From Nitrospinota bacterium (GTDB taxonomy: Bacteria > Nitrospinota > Nitrospinia > Nitrospinales > VA-1): a stretch of DNA of 58,087 nt. Below, piece after piece: positions 1-9,084 of this stretch (positions within the stretch are counted from its first letter, which is position 1; every line of letters begins with the position of its first letter). Both the position numbers and the translations under genes were made by a program. The DNA is taken from NCBI GenBank assembly GCA_038108555.1, contig JAYNIA010000003.1, positions 1 through 58,087 on the forward strand, in the 5' to 3' direction. A model generated the notes under the pieces. The model did no database searches. It worked only from the letters and a program-made list of their open reading frames with translations, and was not told the origin of the DNA.

Positions 1-27
1 GAATCGTTTTTGTAAGTGTTTGATTAC

Positions 28-102
<75 letters not shown>

Positions 103-194
103 ATTTGGGTATGGAAGGAGTCTAAAAAGGTACTTTAACTGTATTTTGCTTTAAAAATCAACCGGAAATGCATGCCCTGACATGCTTCAAATTT

Positions 195-228
195 CACCCT
201 CGCCCAACCTCTCCCATCTAGGGAGAGG
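195..228. repeat. REP-like extragenic palindrome (CCTCTCCC-N5-GGGAGAGG)
   Basis: CACCCTCGCCCAACCTCTCCCATCTAGGGAGAGG, with a partial related motif at about 258-278. Confidence 0.5.
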
Positions 229-346
229 AGAAAAAAAACCAAGAGGAAATAATCCAACCCTCCCCTTACCCCTCCCTATTAACCATGCCGAGCACGAAAG
301 TTTTGATGGAACATAACAGAAGGGTGGGACAAATTTGACAGGGGGG

Positions 347-580
347 CTACCCCCCTTTGGCTTCGTGGTCTTCTTGGTTCCATCCGCCATCTGGTCCGCA
401 GCGAATGCAGCGGATTTGTTTGAACATCTCATCCCAGTCCGCATCGGTGGCGACATAGTCCAACACACATCTTAATGCTTTCGATTTGTCTCCCAACCGA
501 TACTTGTTGCTGGCATACTCAAGCATTTTTACCAGGTCTTCCTGAACATCAAATTCAACGGGTACTTTCTTCCCAGCCAT
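347..580 (-). CDS. small hypothetical protein, possibly ribbon-helix-helix-like with a CxxC motif
   Basis: 77 aa, GGAAAGGA RBS, downstream of tenA in the same direction; beta-helix-helix pattern and CIRC. Confidence 0.75.
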   Translation of the reverse strand: MAGKKVPVEFDVQEDLVKMLEYASNKYRLGDKSKALRCVLDYVATDADWDEMFKQIRCIRCGPDGGWNQEDHEAKGG

Positions 581-599
581 AAAAATTTCCTTTCCAGTT

Positions 600-1259
600 T
601 TAGTTCACTTCCGGTTGCCAGTTTTCCATGCGATAGGCAGAATCCCAGAACATCCATTCCAACCGTGTCGAGGTAACGAACGCTTCTTCCATTTTCTTCA
701 ATTGCTTTTCGTTTGCATCTTCAGCGACACGGTCGGTCAGGTCTATTGCTTTTTTTACCACTTCCTGAAACTCTTCGCCAGAGTACATATCAATCCATTT
801 CTGGTAGGGATTCCCCGCTTCAGAAGTTTTGTGGATATGCAATCCCACTTCCTGATAAATCCAGAAACAGGGCAGCAACGCGGCAAGACCTTCTTCATAA
901 CTTCCATGTGTGGCACTCGAAATCAGGAAGTTGGTATAAGTGAAACAACCCGGTGCCTTTTCGACATCAAGCTTAATACCGTAAAAATCGAAATAGAATT
1001 CATGTAGTCCCCGTTCGGCAATGATGGCACCTTTTGAAAAATCCAATAGAAGTACCAGGTCATCAGGGTTGCCCGCCCGCGAAGCAGCAATAGCCAGGGC
1101 GCGGGCGAAGTCCACCAAATAAAGTGAGTCCTGCTTCATATAAAACTGGAATTTTTCTTTAGCCAGGCTTCCTTTTGCCAGTTCCTGATTGAATGGATGT
1201 TCGAGTATGGATTGATATATAGGCTCAATGGCGTGCCAGGCGGATTTTGAAAAAGACAT
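600..1259 (-). CDS. tenA: thiaminase II / TenA
   Basis: HPF..L..G.L, YMKQDSLYL, LLPCFWIY (catalytic Cys), Y..WI..Y, E..FWD motifs; GGGAGG RBS before the ATG at 1259. Confidence 0.95.
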   Translation of the reverse strand: MSFSKSAWHAIEPIYQSILEHPFNQELAKGSLAKEKFQFYMKQDSLYLVDFARALAIAASRAGNPDDLVLLLDFSKGAIIAERGLHEFYFDFYGIKLDVEKAPGCFTYTNFLISSATHGSYEEGLAALLPCFWIYQEVGLHIHKTSEAGNPYQKWIDMYSGEEFQEVVKKAIDLTDRVAEDANEKQLKKMEEAFVTSTRLEWMFWDSAYRMENWQPEVN

Positions 1260-1270
1260 AATGCCTCCCG

Positions 1271-2083
1271 TTAATTTTCCCAAATGTTGAAAAAATGCAT
1301 GACCGGACCTTTTCCCTGACCCAGTTTTTTTTCTGCCCCTGCTTTTAGGGCATGAGTGAGATAAATTTTTGCTTCCTTAACCGCATCTTCCAAACTAAAC
1401 GAACGTGCCAGAAACGCAGCAATGGACGAGGAAAAGGTACAACCACTTCCATTTGTATTTTGAGTATCGACCCTCTCCTGTTTCAACCACTGCGGACGGC
1501 TGCCTTGAATTACCAGACAGTCATCACTGTTGGCATCTGACAATCCCCCTCCTTTGACGACCACCGCTTTAGGACCCAGTTCACATAAATCTATTGCTGC
1601 CTGCTCCATTGATTCCGGAGATTGGATAGACCGTCTCAGCAAAGCTTCTGCCTCCAGCAAGTTGGGTGTGATGATGGTTGCCAAGGGAAACAATTTCGTT
1701 TTAATGGATTGCACCGCCTCCTCCTGCAATAACCGGTCGCCGCTTTTTGCAAACATCACCGGGTCGACCACAATGGAGCACGACTCAATTTCCAGCAGGC
1801 AGTTTGCCACCGTTTCTATAACCGCGCTATTGGACAACATTCCAATTTTAATCGCGTCAACGCCAATATCTTCTACAATGGACTGGATTTGTTCTGCTAC
1901 AAATTTGGGTTCCACCTCCCGAATACCGCGAACCCCCTGAGTATTCTGTGCGGTCAGGGCGGCGATCACAGACATTCCATAACATCCCAACGCCGAGAAG
2001 GTTTTTAGGTCAGCCTGGATACCGGCACCCCCGCTGTTATCCGATCCTGCAATCGTCAATGTACGAGAATAATTTTTACTCAT
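1271..2083 (-). CDS. thiD: hydroxymethylpyrimidine/phosphomethylpyrimidine kinase
   Basis: LTIAGSDNSGGAGIQADLKT, TAQNT, VDPVM, TPNLLEA, GSGCTFSS. Confidence 0.96.
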   Translation of the reverse strand: MSKNYSRTLTIAGSDNSGGAGIQADLKTFSALGCYGMSVIAALTAQNTQGVRGIREVEPKFVAEQIQSIVEDIGVDAIKIGMLSNSAVIETVANCLLEIESCSIVVDPVMFAKSGDRLLQEEAVQSIKTKLFPLATIITPNLLEAEALLRRSIQSPESMEQAAIDLCELGPKAVVVKGGGLSDANSDDCLVIQGSRPQWLKQERVDTQNTNGSGCTFSSSIAAFLARSFSLEDAVKEAKIYLTHALKAGAEKKLGQGKGPVMHFFNIWEN

Positions 2084-2100
2084 ATATTAAGGAATAGTAT

Positions 2101-3381
2101 TTACAAATTTCGAAGGGTTTCAATCCGTCGTAACAAGGGCGCCGACCAATTCGACTCCACACTCTTTAAATCGCCTTCCGCTTTTTCAATTTGCGCTAAG
2201 GCCAAATCATTTTTTGCGACTTTGAAATACATCTCTGCAAGATCGACTCGGATTTGTGCTTCTTCTTTTCTGTGTTCAACGTATTTGGAAATCCCTAATG
2301 CCTGTTCAAGGTATTCGATTGCCTTTTCCCATTGGTCCAGTTTGCGGTAGTTCAATCCAATTCCAACTAACAGCTCCAACTGCTTGTCATCATCTTTCAA
2401 CTCGCGGTAACTTTCAAGAGCCTTGATATAGCATTCGATGGCTTGTTCAATCTTCCCTTTCTTTACAAACACGAAACCCAATCCATTGTAAGAAGTGCCA
2501 ACGTATGCCGACAGTCCTTTGGTTTCAGCGAGAACTCTTTGTTCATCATAATAGTTTTTGGCACGATCGATGTTTCCCGAAACCGCATACGCATCCCCCA
2601 GGTTAGCCAGAAGTCCGCAAACCTCTTCGAAGTTTCCAAGTTCCTGGGCAATATTCAACTGTTCCTGAAAATACTGGATCGCCTTTCCGGTCTGCCCGAG
2701 GCGGGAATAAGCCAAAGCCAGTGCCGACAACGCATTCTTTTCTGCGTCACGATCGCCAATTCCCCGGGCTTTTTGCAGGAAAATACTTTCCGCCTCTATC
2801 ATCTTACGCACCTGCATAAAATCAGAAGATTCCAAATCAACTTCTTTTCTTGAACGATTGGGATTATCAACCTCCGCCAACCGTTGATAATTGACTTCCA
2901 CCGATTCGGTTAGTTTTTCTTTTACTTCCTTAATAAAACTCAATTCATCATCCAGGTATTCGAGTAATTCTTCGATATCTTCATTCCAGAAAGCCGTACG
3001 CAAATTATGCGCCTTACAATCTATAAGTTTCTTTAAAGCTCCAGGTACATTATCCTTCTCAGGAAGCTTTGCATCATCAATCAATACCGGGACAATTAAA
3101 ATATCCTGATTCATGGCCGCGATAATTTCCATCCGTATTTTTTCATCATCGATCAGGTTGTAGGCTGAAACATCTTCTTCCGAGGAAGAAGGGTCGGTAC
3201 AGACAACAACAATAAAAACATCGCAACCCTCCATTTGACTGGGAACTTTTGGCCGGGAAATTTCCTCTCCATATTTGGAGAATCGGGTGTTTGTTTCCAG
3301 GTAGGATTCGCAGTGAATAGCGATTTTCTCTGAAAAATTATCCGCCTGAGGAGAGTTTGAGCTGATATAGATGAACGCCAT
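2101..3381 (-). CDS. TIR-like domain plus TPR repeat protein
   Basis: N-terminus IYIS...CDVFIVVV...IRMEI.AA...IVPVLIDDA.LP resembles bacterial TIR_2; C-terminal TPR repeats (LANLGDAY, YNGLGFVF). Confidence 0.75.
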   Translation of the reverse strand: MAFIYISSNSPQADNFSEKIAIHCESYLETNTRFSKYGEEISRPKVPSQMEGCDVFIVVVCTDPSSSEEDVSAYNLIDDEKIRMEIIAAMNQDILIVPVLIDDAKLPEKDNVPGALKKLIDCKAHNLRTAFWNEDIEELLEYLDDELSFIKEVKEKLTESVEVNYQRLAEVDNPNRSRKEVDLESSDFMQVRKMIEAESIFLQKARGIGDRDAEKNALSALALAYSRLGQTGKAIQYFQEQLNIAQELGNFEEVCGLLANLGDAYAVSGNIDRAKNYYDEQRVLAETKGLSAYVGTSYNGLGFVFVKKGKIEQAIECYIKALESYRELKDDDKQLELLVGIGLNYRKLDQWEKAIEYLEQALGISKYVEHRKEEAQIRVDLAEMYFKVAKNDLALAQIEKAEGDLKSVESNWSAPLLRRIETLRNL

Positions 3382-3517
3382 TTTCAAATTTCCAATTACA
3401 TATGAGAAACGTAAAAATAAATTATCTCTTTTCCACTTAAGGGGATCGTTTCCATAATAGATGATATTTTTAACTATGCTAAAATTATATTAATCAAAAC
3501 TTAAATAAGGGGATACC

Positions 3518-5107
3518 ATGTTTCGAATTCTTTGTTTTTTAATAGCCCTATTGGCAATGCACGCAGGAAATTCTGCATACGCAACGTCCACCAGTGAAAA
3601 ACTTGGGACGGTACATTTTCCAACTTCATCAAGCGGAGCCGCTCAAAAACATTTTAACCGTGGCGTCGCGGCACTGCATTCCTTCTGGTACCCCGAAGCC
3701 ATTAACGCTTTCAAACAATCCATCACATTGGACCCGGATTTTGCTATGGGTTATTGGGGCCTTGCCATGGCCTACAACCATCCCTTATGGGAAGACCAGG
3801 ATAAAAACTCTGCGATGGAGGCCTTAGCCAAAATCAAGGACACCTCAAATTTAACACAACGGGAACGGGATTATATTGAGGCCGTTCGCATTCTATATGG
3901 AGAGGGGGAGAAGCATCTAAGGGATCGGGCTTATTCCCGCGCTATGGAAAAAATTTACCGGAAACATCCCGATGATCAGGAGGCAGCATGTTTTTACAGC
4001 TTATCTATTTTGGGAGTTTCCCGAAATACTGTCGAAAAATTAAGACTGCAAGTCGAAGCAGGGGCGATTGCTCTCGAAGTGTTTCAAAAAAATCCCAATC
4101 ATCCCTGTGCGGCGCATTACGCCATACATGCCTTCGATAGTCCTGACCTGGCGAGGCTCGCCCTTCCATCTGCCAAACGGTATGCCCGAATTGCCCCGGC
4201 TTCTCATCATGCCCAACATATGTCCGCGCATATTTTTGTTCAACTGGGTATGTGGGCCGAGTCCGTAAATTCTAACCTGAACGGCTGGAAAACTTCTGTA
4301 GATTGGTTGGAAAGACAAAACTTGCCTTTAACCGAGCGGGATTATCATAGTCTGCAATGGCTGCATTATTCTTACCTGCAACAGGGAATGCTCAAAAAAG
4401 CTGAATCCATTTTTAAAATCCAGCAAAAAGATATGCGTGATGGAATTGAGTCGAAATCAAATTTACGAGCCGGGAAATATTATTACCGCATGTTGGCTGC
4501 TTCGGTTCTCGAAACCGAACAATGGAATTCAATAGAAAAGTTTTCACCCCCTGAAGGATGGAAACCAAAAACCTTTTCCAAAGCGGGCTTTCATTTCACT
4601 ACAGGATTTGCCTACGCTATGCAGGGAAAAATTTCAGAAGCAGAAAAACATCTTTCAGAGTTAAGGGCTATTCGAGAAAAAGGATTTCGCGAAAACTATT
4701 TTAAACGTATTGAGTATCTTGAAGTGTGGGAGCTCTTAACCCAATCTGCAATCAAACTTCACCAAAATGATTTCGACTCTGCCATTAAACTTGCTAGAGA
4801 AGCGACTCGGGTCGAAGAAAAATTACCGGCTCCTTCAGGCCCTCCGCGCATTCTCAAACCCACCTACGAATGGCTGGGTGAAGTTTATTTTAAAACGGGA
4901 AAACCCCTACTGGCTGAAGAAAAATTTTCTATATCCCTCTTGCGCCATCCCAACCGGGTGCGTTCCCTCATTGGCATGGCGCGTGCTGCAAAAGCCAACG
5001 GGAAAAAGGAGATTGCCATTGAGCACTATCAACAATTGGTCGACCAGTTAAAAGACGCTGGATCTCCTGAATTAAAAGAAGCAAAAAATTTTCTGGAAGG
5101 AAGTTAG
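3518..5107 (+). CDS. secreted TPR-repeat protein
   Basis: Signal peptide; LG.V.FPTS, AQ.HF.RG...LHSFWY, HYAIHAFD and H..HM..HIF motifs of a widespread uncharacterised TPR family. Confidence 0.85.
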   Translation: MFRILCFLIALLAMHAGNSAYATSTSEKLGTVHFPTSSSGAAQKHFNRGVAALHSFWYPEAINAFKQSITLDPDFAMGYWGLAMAYNHPLWEDQDKNSAMEALAKIKDTSNLTQRERDYIEAVRILYGEGEKHLRDRAYSRAMEKIYRKHPDDQEAACFYSLSILGVSRNTVEKLRLQVEAGAIALEVFQKNPNHPCAAHYAIHAFDSPDLARLALPSAKRYARIAPASHHAQHMSAHIFVQLGMWAESVNSNLNGWKTSVDWLERQNLPLTERDYHSLQWLHYSYLQQGMLKKAESIFKIQQKDMRDGIESKSNLRAGKYYYRMLAASVLETEQWNSIEKFSPPEGWKPKTFSKAGFHFTTGFAYAMQGKISEAEKHLSELRAIREKGFRENYFKRIEYLEVWELLTQSAIKLHQNDFDSAIKLAREATRVEEKLPAPSGPPRILKPTYEWLGEVYFKTGKPLLAEEKFSISLLRHPNRVRSLIGMARAAKANGKKEIAIEHYQQLVDQLKDAGSPELKEAKNFLEGS

Positions 5108-5123
5108 GAGAATAGGCCGTTAT

Positions 5124-5681
5124 TCAGGAATTTTGAATTAAAACATGCGCTGCCTTTTTTGCATTCTTTGCGCATAATGGAGAGTTTTTCACCTGGGCCA
5201 GGGTAATGGCACCTTCAATCAATAGCATGAGTTGCTTGGAAAGTTCGCTGGAATTTTTCAATCCTGCTTTTTCTGCCAAACCCTGAATGTATCTTTGAAA
5301 TAAAATTTTCGATTCCTGACAAACCCTGCGAATCGAACTTCCCTCATCCGGATACTCCCCCATTGCCCGGACGAATAAACACCCCGAGAAGTTACTGCTA
5401 TTAAACCATTCCTCCGTAATATCGAAAATTGCAAGCATACGTTCTTTGGGATTCTCTGACTTTGCCTCCACGGATCGCATGAAAGAGTTCCGGTGCCGCT
5501 CGTCATAATAGCGAAGGACAGCAAGAATGAGTTCTTCCTTGGAGTGGAAATGATGATAAAGAGTTTTTTTTGTGATTCCCGCTCTTTCTGAAATAGCGTC
5601 AACCCCCACCGCGCTATACCCGAATAGTGAAAACAGTTCCAACGCCGATTGAAGCAATTGTTCCCGTTTAGATAGTTTCAC
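5124..5681 (-). CDS. TetR/AcrR family regulator (NemR/ComR-like), copy 1
   Basis: HTH motif AGITKKTLYHHF.SKEEL; GCLF; L..LIEGA. Confidence 0.93.
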   Translation of the reverse strand: MKLSKREQLLQSALELFSLFGYSAVGVDAISERAGITKKTLYHHFHSKEELILAVLRYYDERHRNSFMRSVEAKSENPKERMLAIFDITEEWFNSSNFSGCLFVRAMGEYPDEGSSIRRVCQESKILFQRYIQGLAEKAGLKNSSELSKQLMLLIEGAITLAQVKNSPLCAKNAKKAAHVLIQNS

Positions 5682-5706
5682 CCTTTTTCCTCTCTACCGT
5701 TCGATA

Positions 5707-5722
5707 TATACAATTCAGTATA
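5707..5722. promoter_or_regulatory. putative TetR operator
   Basis: TATAC-AATTCA-GTATA just upstream of tetR copy 1. Confidence 0.65.
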
Positions 5723-5829
5723 TTTTAACTAGAAAAATCTCTCAAATAAAATAAAAATAATTATAAAAAATCATCCACAAATCATATTAACTATTTATAT
5801 TTAAAAATTTTAATATTTTTTTGACTCGG

Positions 5830-5867
5830 GTGTAAGGAAACCCAACGTATGTATACTAAACTGTATA
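5830..5867 (+). promoter_or_regulatory. sigma70-type promoter with TetR operator over the -10 element
   Basis: GTGTAA-N16-TATACT; operator TATAC-TAAACT-GTATA at 5852-5867; same layout as 8532-8570. Confidence 0.65.
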
Positions 5868-5916
5868 TTTTTAGCGAAATATAACCACTTTTAACCCAAT
5901 TTATTAGGAGGCAGTC

Positions 5917-6399
5917 ATGAATTCAGTTTTAAAAAGAAGCACCCGGTTTTTTGCAGTTATCGCTCTCGTTTTTGGTTTATTCGCAAATGGAGCTTTGGCC
6001 GGAATGGAAAGAAACGGAACCGAAATTTCCGCACCGGTGATGGGGGGCTATGATCCCGTTTCATATTTCAATGCAGCCCAACCCCTAAGAGGGAACGGAT
6101 TTCATACCGCGACCCATAAAGGGGGCACTTACCTGTTCGCCAACAAAGAAAATAAAAAATTGTTTGAAGCCAACCCTGAAAAGTATGCACCGCAATTTGG
6201 TGGATATTGTGCCTATGGCGTCGCAGTAGGGAAAAAGTTTTTTTCAGATCCCACCATTTGGTAAGTGGTTGATGGGAAGTTGTATTTAAACCTCAATAAA
6301 AAAATCCAGATGAAATGGAACGAAGATAAAAGCGGTCACATTGCGAAGGCTCATTCCAATTGGGCTCAGATTGAGCATAAGCATCCGGCTGAACTTTAA
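5917..6399 (+). pseudogene. YHS-domain secreted protein, copy 1, interrupted by an in-frame TAA at 6262-6264
   Basis: GYDPVSYF, NPEKYAPQFGGYCAYG; after the TAA the frame continues VVDGKLYLNLNK...W to a TAA at 6397-6399, matching copy 2. Confidence 0.85.
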
Positions 6400-6404
6400 T
6401 TTAA

Positions 6405-6436
6405 TGAAGGGAGAGAAAGTTATTTCTCTCCCTTCA
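6405..6436 (+). terminator. hairpin (terminator or mRNA stabiliser)
   Basis: TGAAGGGAGAGAAA-N4-TTTCTCTCCCTTCA; no clear U-tract. Confidence 0.55.
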
Positions 6437-6469
6437 ACCCAATTTATTAAATAAAGAAAGGACTAAAAA

Positions 6470-6763
6470 ATGAAATCAGGAAATTTAAAAGGCACCGATG
6501 CGGAACATCCTGCATCCGGCACCGTAAAAATCATGGAAGACACCGTTCTTCTGGAAGACGTAAATATAACCGAAGCTCCCGACGGTCGTGTCATTTTAAC
6601 GAAAAACCTGGATTACGACAGCGGGATAAACCTGGGCAAGCTTCAAGGTTTTACAGGCAGCCATGAATATAGCATTCCAGAAGGGACTCCCACCGGGGAT
6701 TTTAATTCAGTATTGATCTGGTGCGATCAGTTCAAGGTTCCGATCGGTAAGGTTGAATTTTAA
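6470..6763 (+). CDS. DM13 domain protein
   Basis: H.ASG.V, .PD..V.L, LG.L..F.G...Y.IP, SVLIWC.QF.V. Confidence 0.85.
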   Translation: MKSGNLKGTDAEHPASGTVKIMEDTVLLEDVNITEAPDGRVILTKNLDYDSGINLGKLQGFTGSHEYSIPEGTPTGDFNSVLIWCDQFKVPIGKVEF

Positions 6764-6869
6764 TTTTTTCATAATTGAAGGGAGGGAGCTGTTTCCATTT
6801 TAAATTCAGAAACCAGCTTCCTTTCCCTCATCAAAATTAGAGAATCAAATTTGTTACAGGAGATACACC

Positions 6870-7211
6870 ATGAATCAAATAAATATGGAAACAGAGGTAA
6901 TGAACATAAATGATGAAAATTTCAATAGTCTGGTAGTTCATACCAGCCAACCGGTCTTAATCGATTTTTGGGCCGACTGGTGCCAGCCATGCCATATGTT
7001 GGCCCCTACTGTAAAAGATATCGCAGAAGAATATGCAGACCGTCTTTTAGTGGGCAAGATAAATGTGGATGAAAACCCGATCACACCGCATCGCTATGGA
7101 ATTCGCGGCATTCCTGCCCTGTTCCTCTTTGTGGAAGGGAAGATTGTTGAAAAGATTGTAGGGGTTAAACCCAAAGAAGAAATAAAAAATATTATTAACA
7201 AACATATATAG
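6870..7211 (+). CDS. trxA: thioredoxin
   Basis: DFWADWCQPC active site; YGIRGIP cis-Pro loop. Confidence 0.92.
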   Translation: MNQINMETEVMNINDENFNSLVVHTSQPVLIDFWADWCQPCHMLAPTVKDIAEEYADRLLVGKINVDENPITPHRYGIRGIPALFLFVEGKIVEKIVGVKPKEEIKNIINKHI

Positions 7212-7221
7212 GGAATAAAGA

Positions 7222-7809
7222 ATGAAAAAAATAATCAAAACTTCATCAGCACTTGCCCTTCTTTTTCTTTTCACTTTCTCTGCTTACGCAGAAAAGCCTT
7301 TTGCCCCCAATGTGAATATAAAAACAGGAGAAATAAGTGTTCCTGAAAATTATACGCGATGGGCAACCCTTGGTACCTGGGCTCATTCAAAACCCAAGGG
7401 AGAACCCGGGTCCCATGAATATCACGTGGTTTATACCCAACCCGAAACCATCGATTTTTATCAGAAGAATGGACGCTTTCCTGATGGGGCGGTTCTGGTC
7501 AAGGAACTTTTGCAGGCAGAAACAATTCCGATGACCACGGGCCCTGCCGTTAGTCATGCGACAAAAATAAAAGGCTGGTTTGTTCTGGTACGAGATACCG
7601 AAGGCCGTTTCAAGGAATCCAAATTATGGGGAGATGGATGGGGATGGTCTCTATTCAATGCACCGGATTCCAATAAAACGGTTTCAACAGATTACAAGGA
7701 AAATTGCGTTGGCTGTCACCTGCCTGCACGTGATCTCGCCAAAGCGAATGCCCATGAAGATGATAAATGGATTTACACTCTCGGATATCCGGTATTAAAT
7801 AAAAAATAG
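7222..7809 (+). CDS. cytochrome P460 family protein
   Basis: Signal peptide; P.NY..W..LG, FPDGAVLVKE, GWGW, C-terminal CVGCH heme motif, YPVL. Confidence 0.88.
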   Translation: MKKIIKTSSALALLFLFTFSAYAEKPFAPNVNIKTGEISVPENYTRWATLGTWAHSKPKGEPGSHEYHVVYTQPETIDFYQKNGRFPDGAVLVKELLQAETIPMTTGPAVSHATKIKGWFVLVRDTEGRFKESKLWGDGWGWSLFNAPDSNKTVSTDYKENCVGCHLPARDLAKANAHEDDKWIYTLGYPVLNKK

Positions 7810-7813
7810 AATT

Positions 7814-8395
7814 TTATGCAGGTACCGGATTAAACTGGGAATTTTCGATCAGTATTTTTGCGGCCTTTTTTGCCTGAGCCGCACATAAGGGGGAGTTATT
7901 CACTTGTGCCATCGTGATGGCTCCCTCTATCAAAAGCACGAGTTGTTCTGCAATCTGTTCTGCATTATTTAATTCCGCATCTTTTGCCAGGCCGGCAATG
8001 TATTTTTGGGTTAGTCCTTTTGCTTCCTGGCAAAAACTTCTTATACTGGTATTCTCTTCCGGATATTCCCCCAAAGCGGTTACGAACAAACATCCATAAA
8101 AATCATCTTCCCGAAACCACTCCTCAAGAACATCGAAGGCGACCAGCAAACGGGCGACCGGGTCTTCGGTTCTTCCCTCCACCGCCCTCATAAAATCATT
8201 TCTAAACCGTTCGTCCCGGTAGCGAAGGGCAGCCAGTATCAACTCTTCTTTAGATTTGAAATGGTAATAAAGCGTTCTCTTGGTAATGCCCGCTTCTTCA
8301 GAAATCGCATCCACGGTCACTGCATGAAACCCGTTTTTGATAAATAGTTTGATCGCTGTCTGAAGGAGTTTTTCTCTTTTTGATACGGGAGCCAA
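7814..8395 (-). CDS. TetR/AcrR family regulator, copy 2
   Basis: AGITKRTLYYHFKSKEEL; GCLF; close paralog of 5124-5681. Confidence 0.93.
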   Translation of the reverse strand: MAPVSKREKLLQTAIKLFIKNGFHAVTVDAISEEAGITKRTLYYHFKSKEELILAALRYRDERFRNDFMRAVEGRTEDPVARLLVAFDVLEEWFREDDFYGCLFVTALGEYPEENTSIRSFCQEAKGLTQKYIAGLAKDAELNNAEQIAEQLVLLIEGAITMAQVNNSPLCAAQAKKAAKILIENSQFNPVPA

Positions 8396-8531
8396 TTTAC
8401 TATTCCTCTACTTTTTTGTTTTACCACTTAGTATAACCATAACGCCAAAACTTAGTTTACACAACCCATATAGTACAATTTTTCAGATTTGATAGGTAAT
8501 TAAACTATTATTTTTAAATGGGTTAAAATTT

Positions 8532-8570
8532 TTGTAAGGAATCAGGGCCTTTTTATACTAATTAGTATAA
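8532..8570 (+). promoter_or_regulatory. sigma70-type promoter with a perfect palindromic TetR operator
   Basis: TTGTAA-N16-TATACT; TTATACTAATTAGTATAA at 8553-8570; a weaker site TTTAC-CACTTA-GTATA at 8420-8435. Confidence 0.7.
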
Positions 8571-8606
8571 TTTTTTTGAAAAAACCTTTTTGAGGAGATT
8601 TTAGAA

Positions 8607-9084
8607 ATGAAAACCAGGGGTGAACAAAAATTACAAATTCTCATCTTGATTTCACTGATTTTGACTTTTCTCACGGGACCCGCTTTCGCAGGCAACCCAA
8701 ATGGAACAGAAAATTCTGCTCCAGTAATGGGGATATGATCCCGTTTCCTATTTTGAGTCTGACCAGCCTCTCCGCGGAAATGGTCATTACACTGCTACCT
8801 ACAATGGCGGCACTTATATTTTTGCCAACAAAGCAAATAAGAAAAAATTTGTAGCCAACCCTAAAAAGTACGCTCCCCAATTTGGCGGTTACTGTGCTTA
8901 TGGCGTGGCTTATGGGAAAAAGTTTATTTCTGATCCCACCGTCTGGGCCATCATTAATCGAAAGTTGTATTTGAATCTGGACAAAAATGTTCAGAAGAAA
9001 TGGAACGTAGGTATGAAGGAACACATTCGCAAAGCCCAGATCCATTGGAAGGACATTGAACACATGCATCCTTCAGAACTTTAA
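8607..9084 (+). pseudogene. YHS-domain secreted protein, copy 2, frameshifted in a G-run at about 8729-8732
   Basis: GAGGAG RBS; signal peptide to ...NSAPVMG then TGA at 8736; the other frame gives GYDPVSYF...NPKKYAPQFGGYCAYG...HPSEL* ending at 9084. Confidence 0.85.

Noticed and set aside
187-468. 93-aa minus-strand ORF
   Set aside because: It overlaps the better 77-aa gene in another frame and reads through the REP-like palindrome.
6262-6264. Selenocysteine or stop-codon recoding in the YHS gene
   Set aside because: The stop is TAA, not TGA, and is not at the conserved Cys (GGYC). TAA ends many normal genes in this window.
8671-9069. 132-aa minus-strand ORF in the track
   Set aside because: It is the antisense shadow of frameshifted YHS copy 2.
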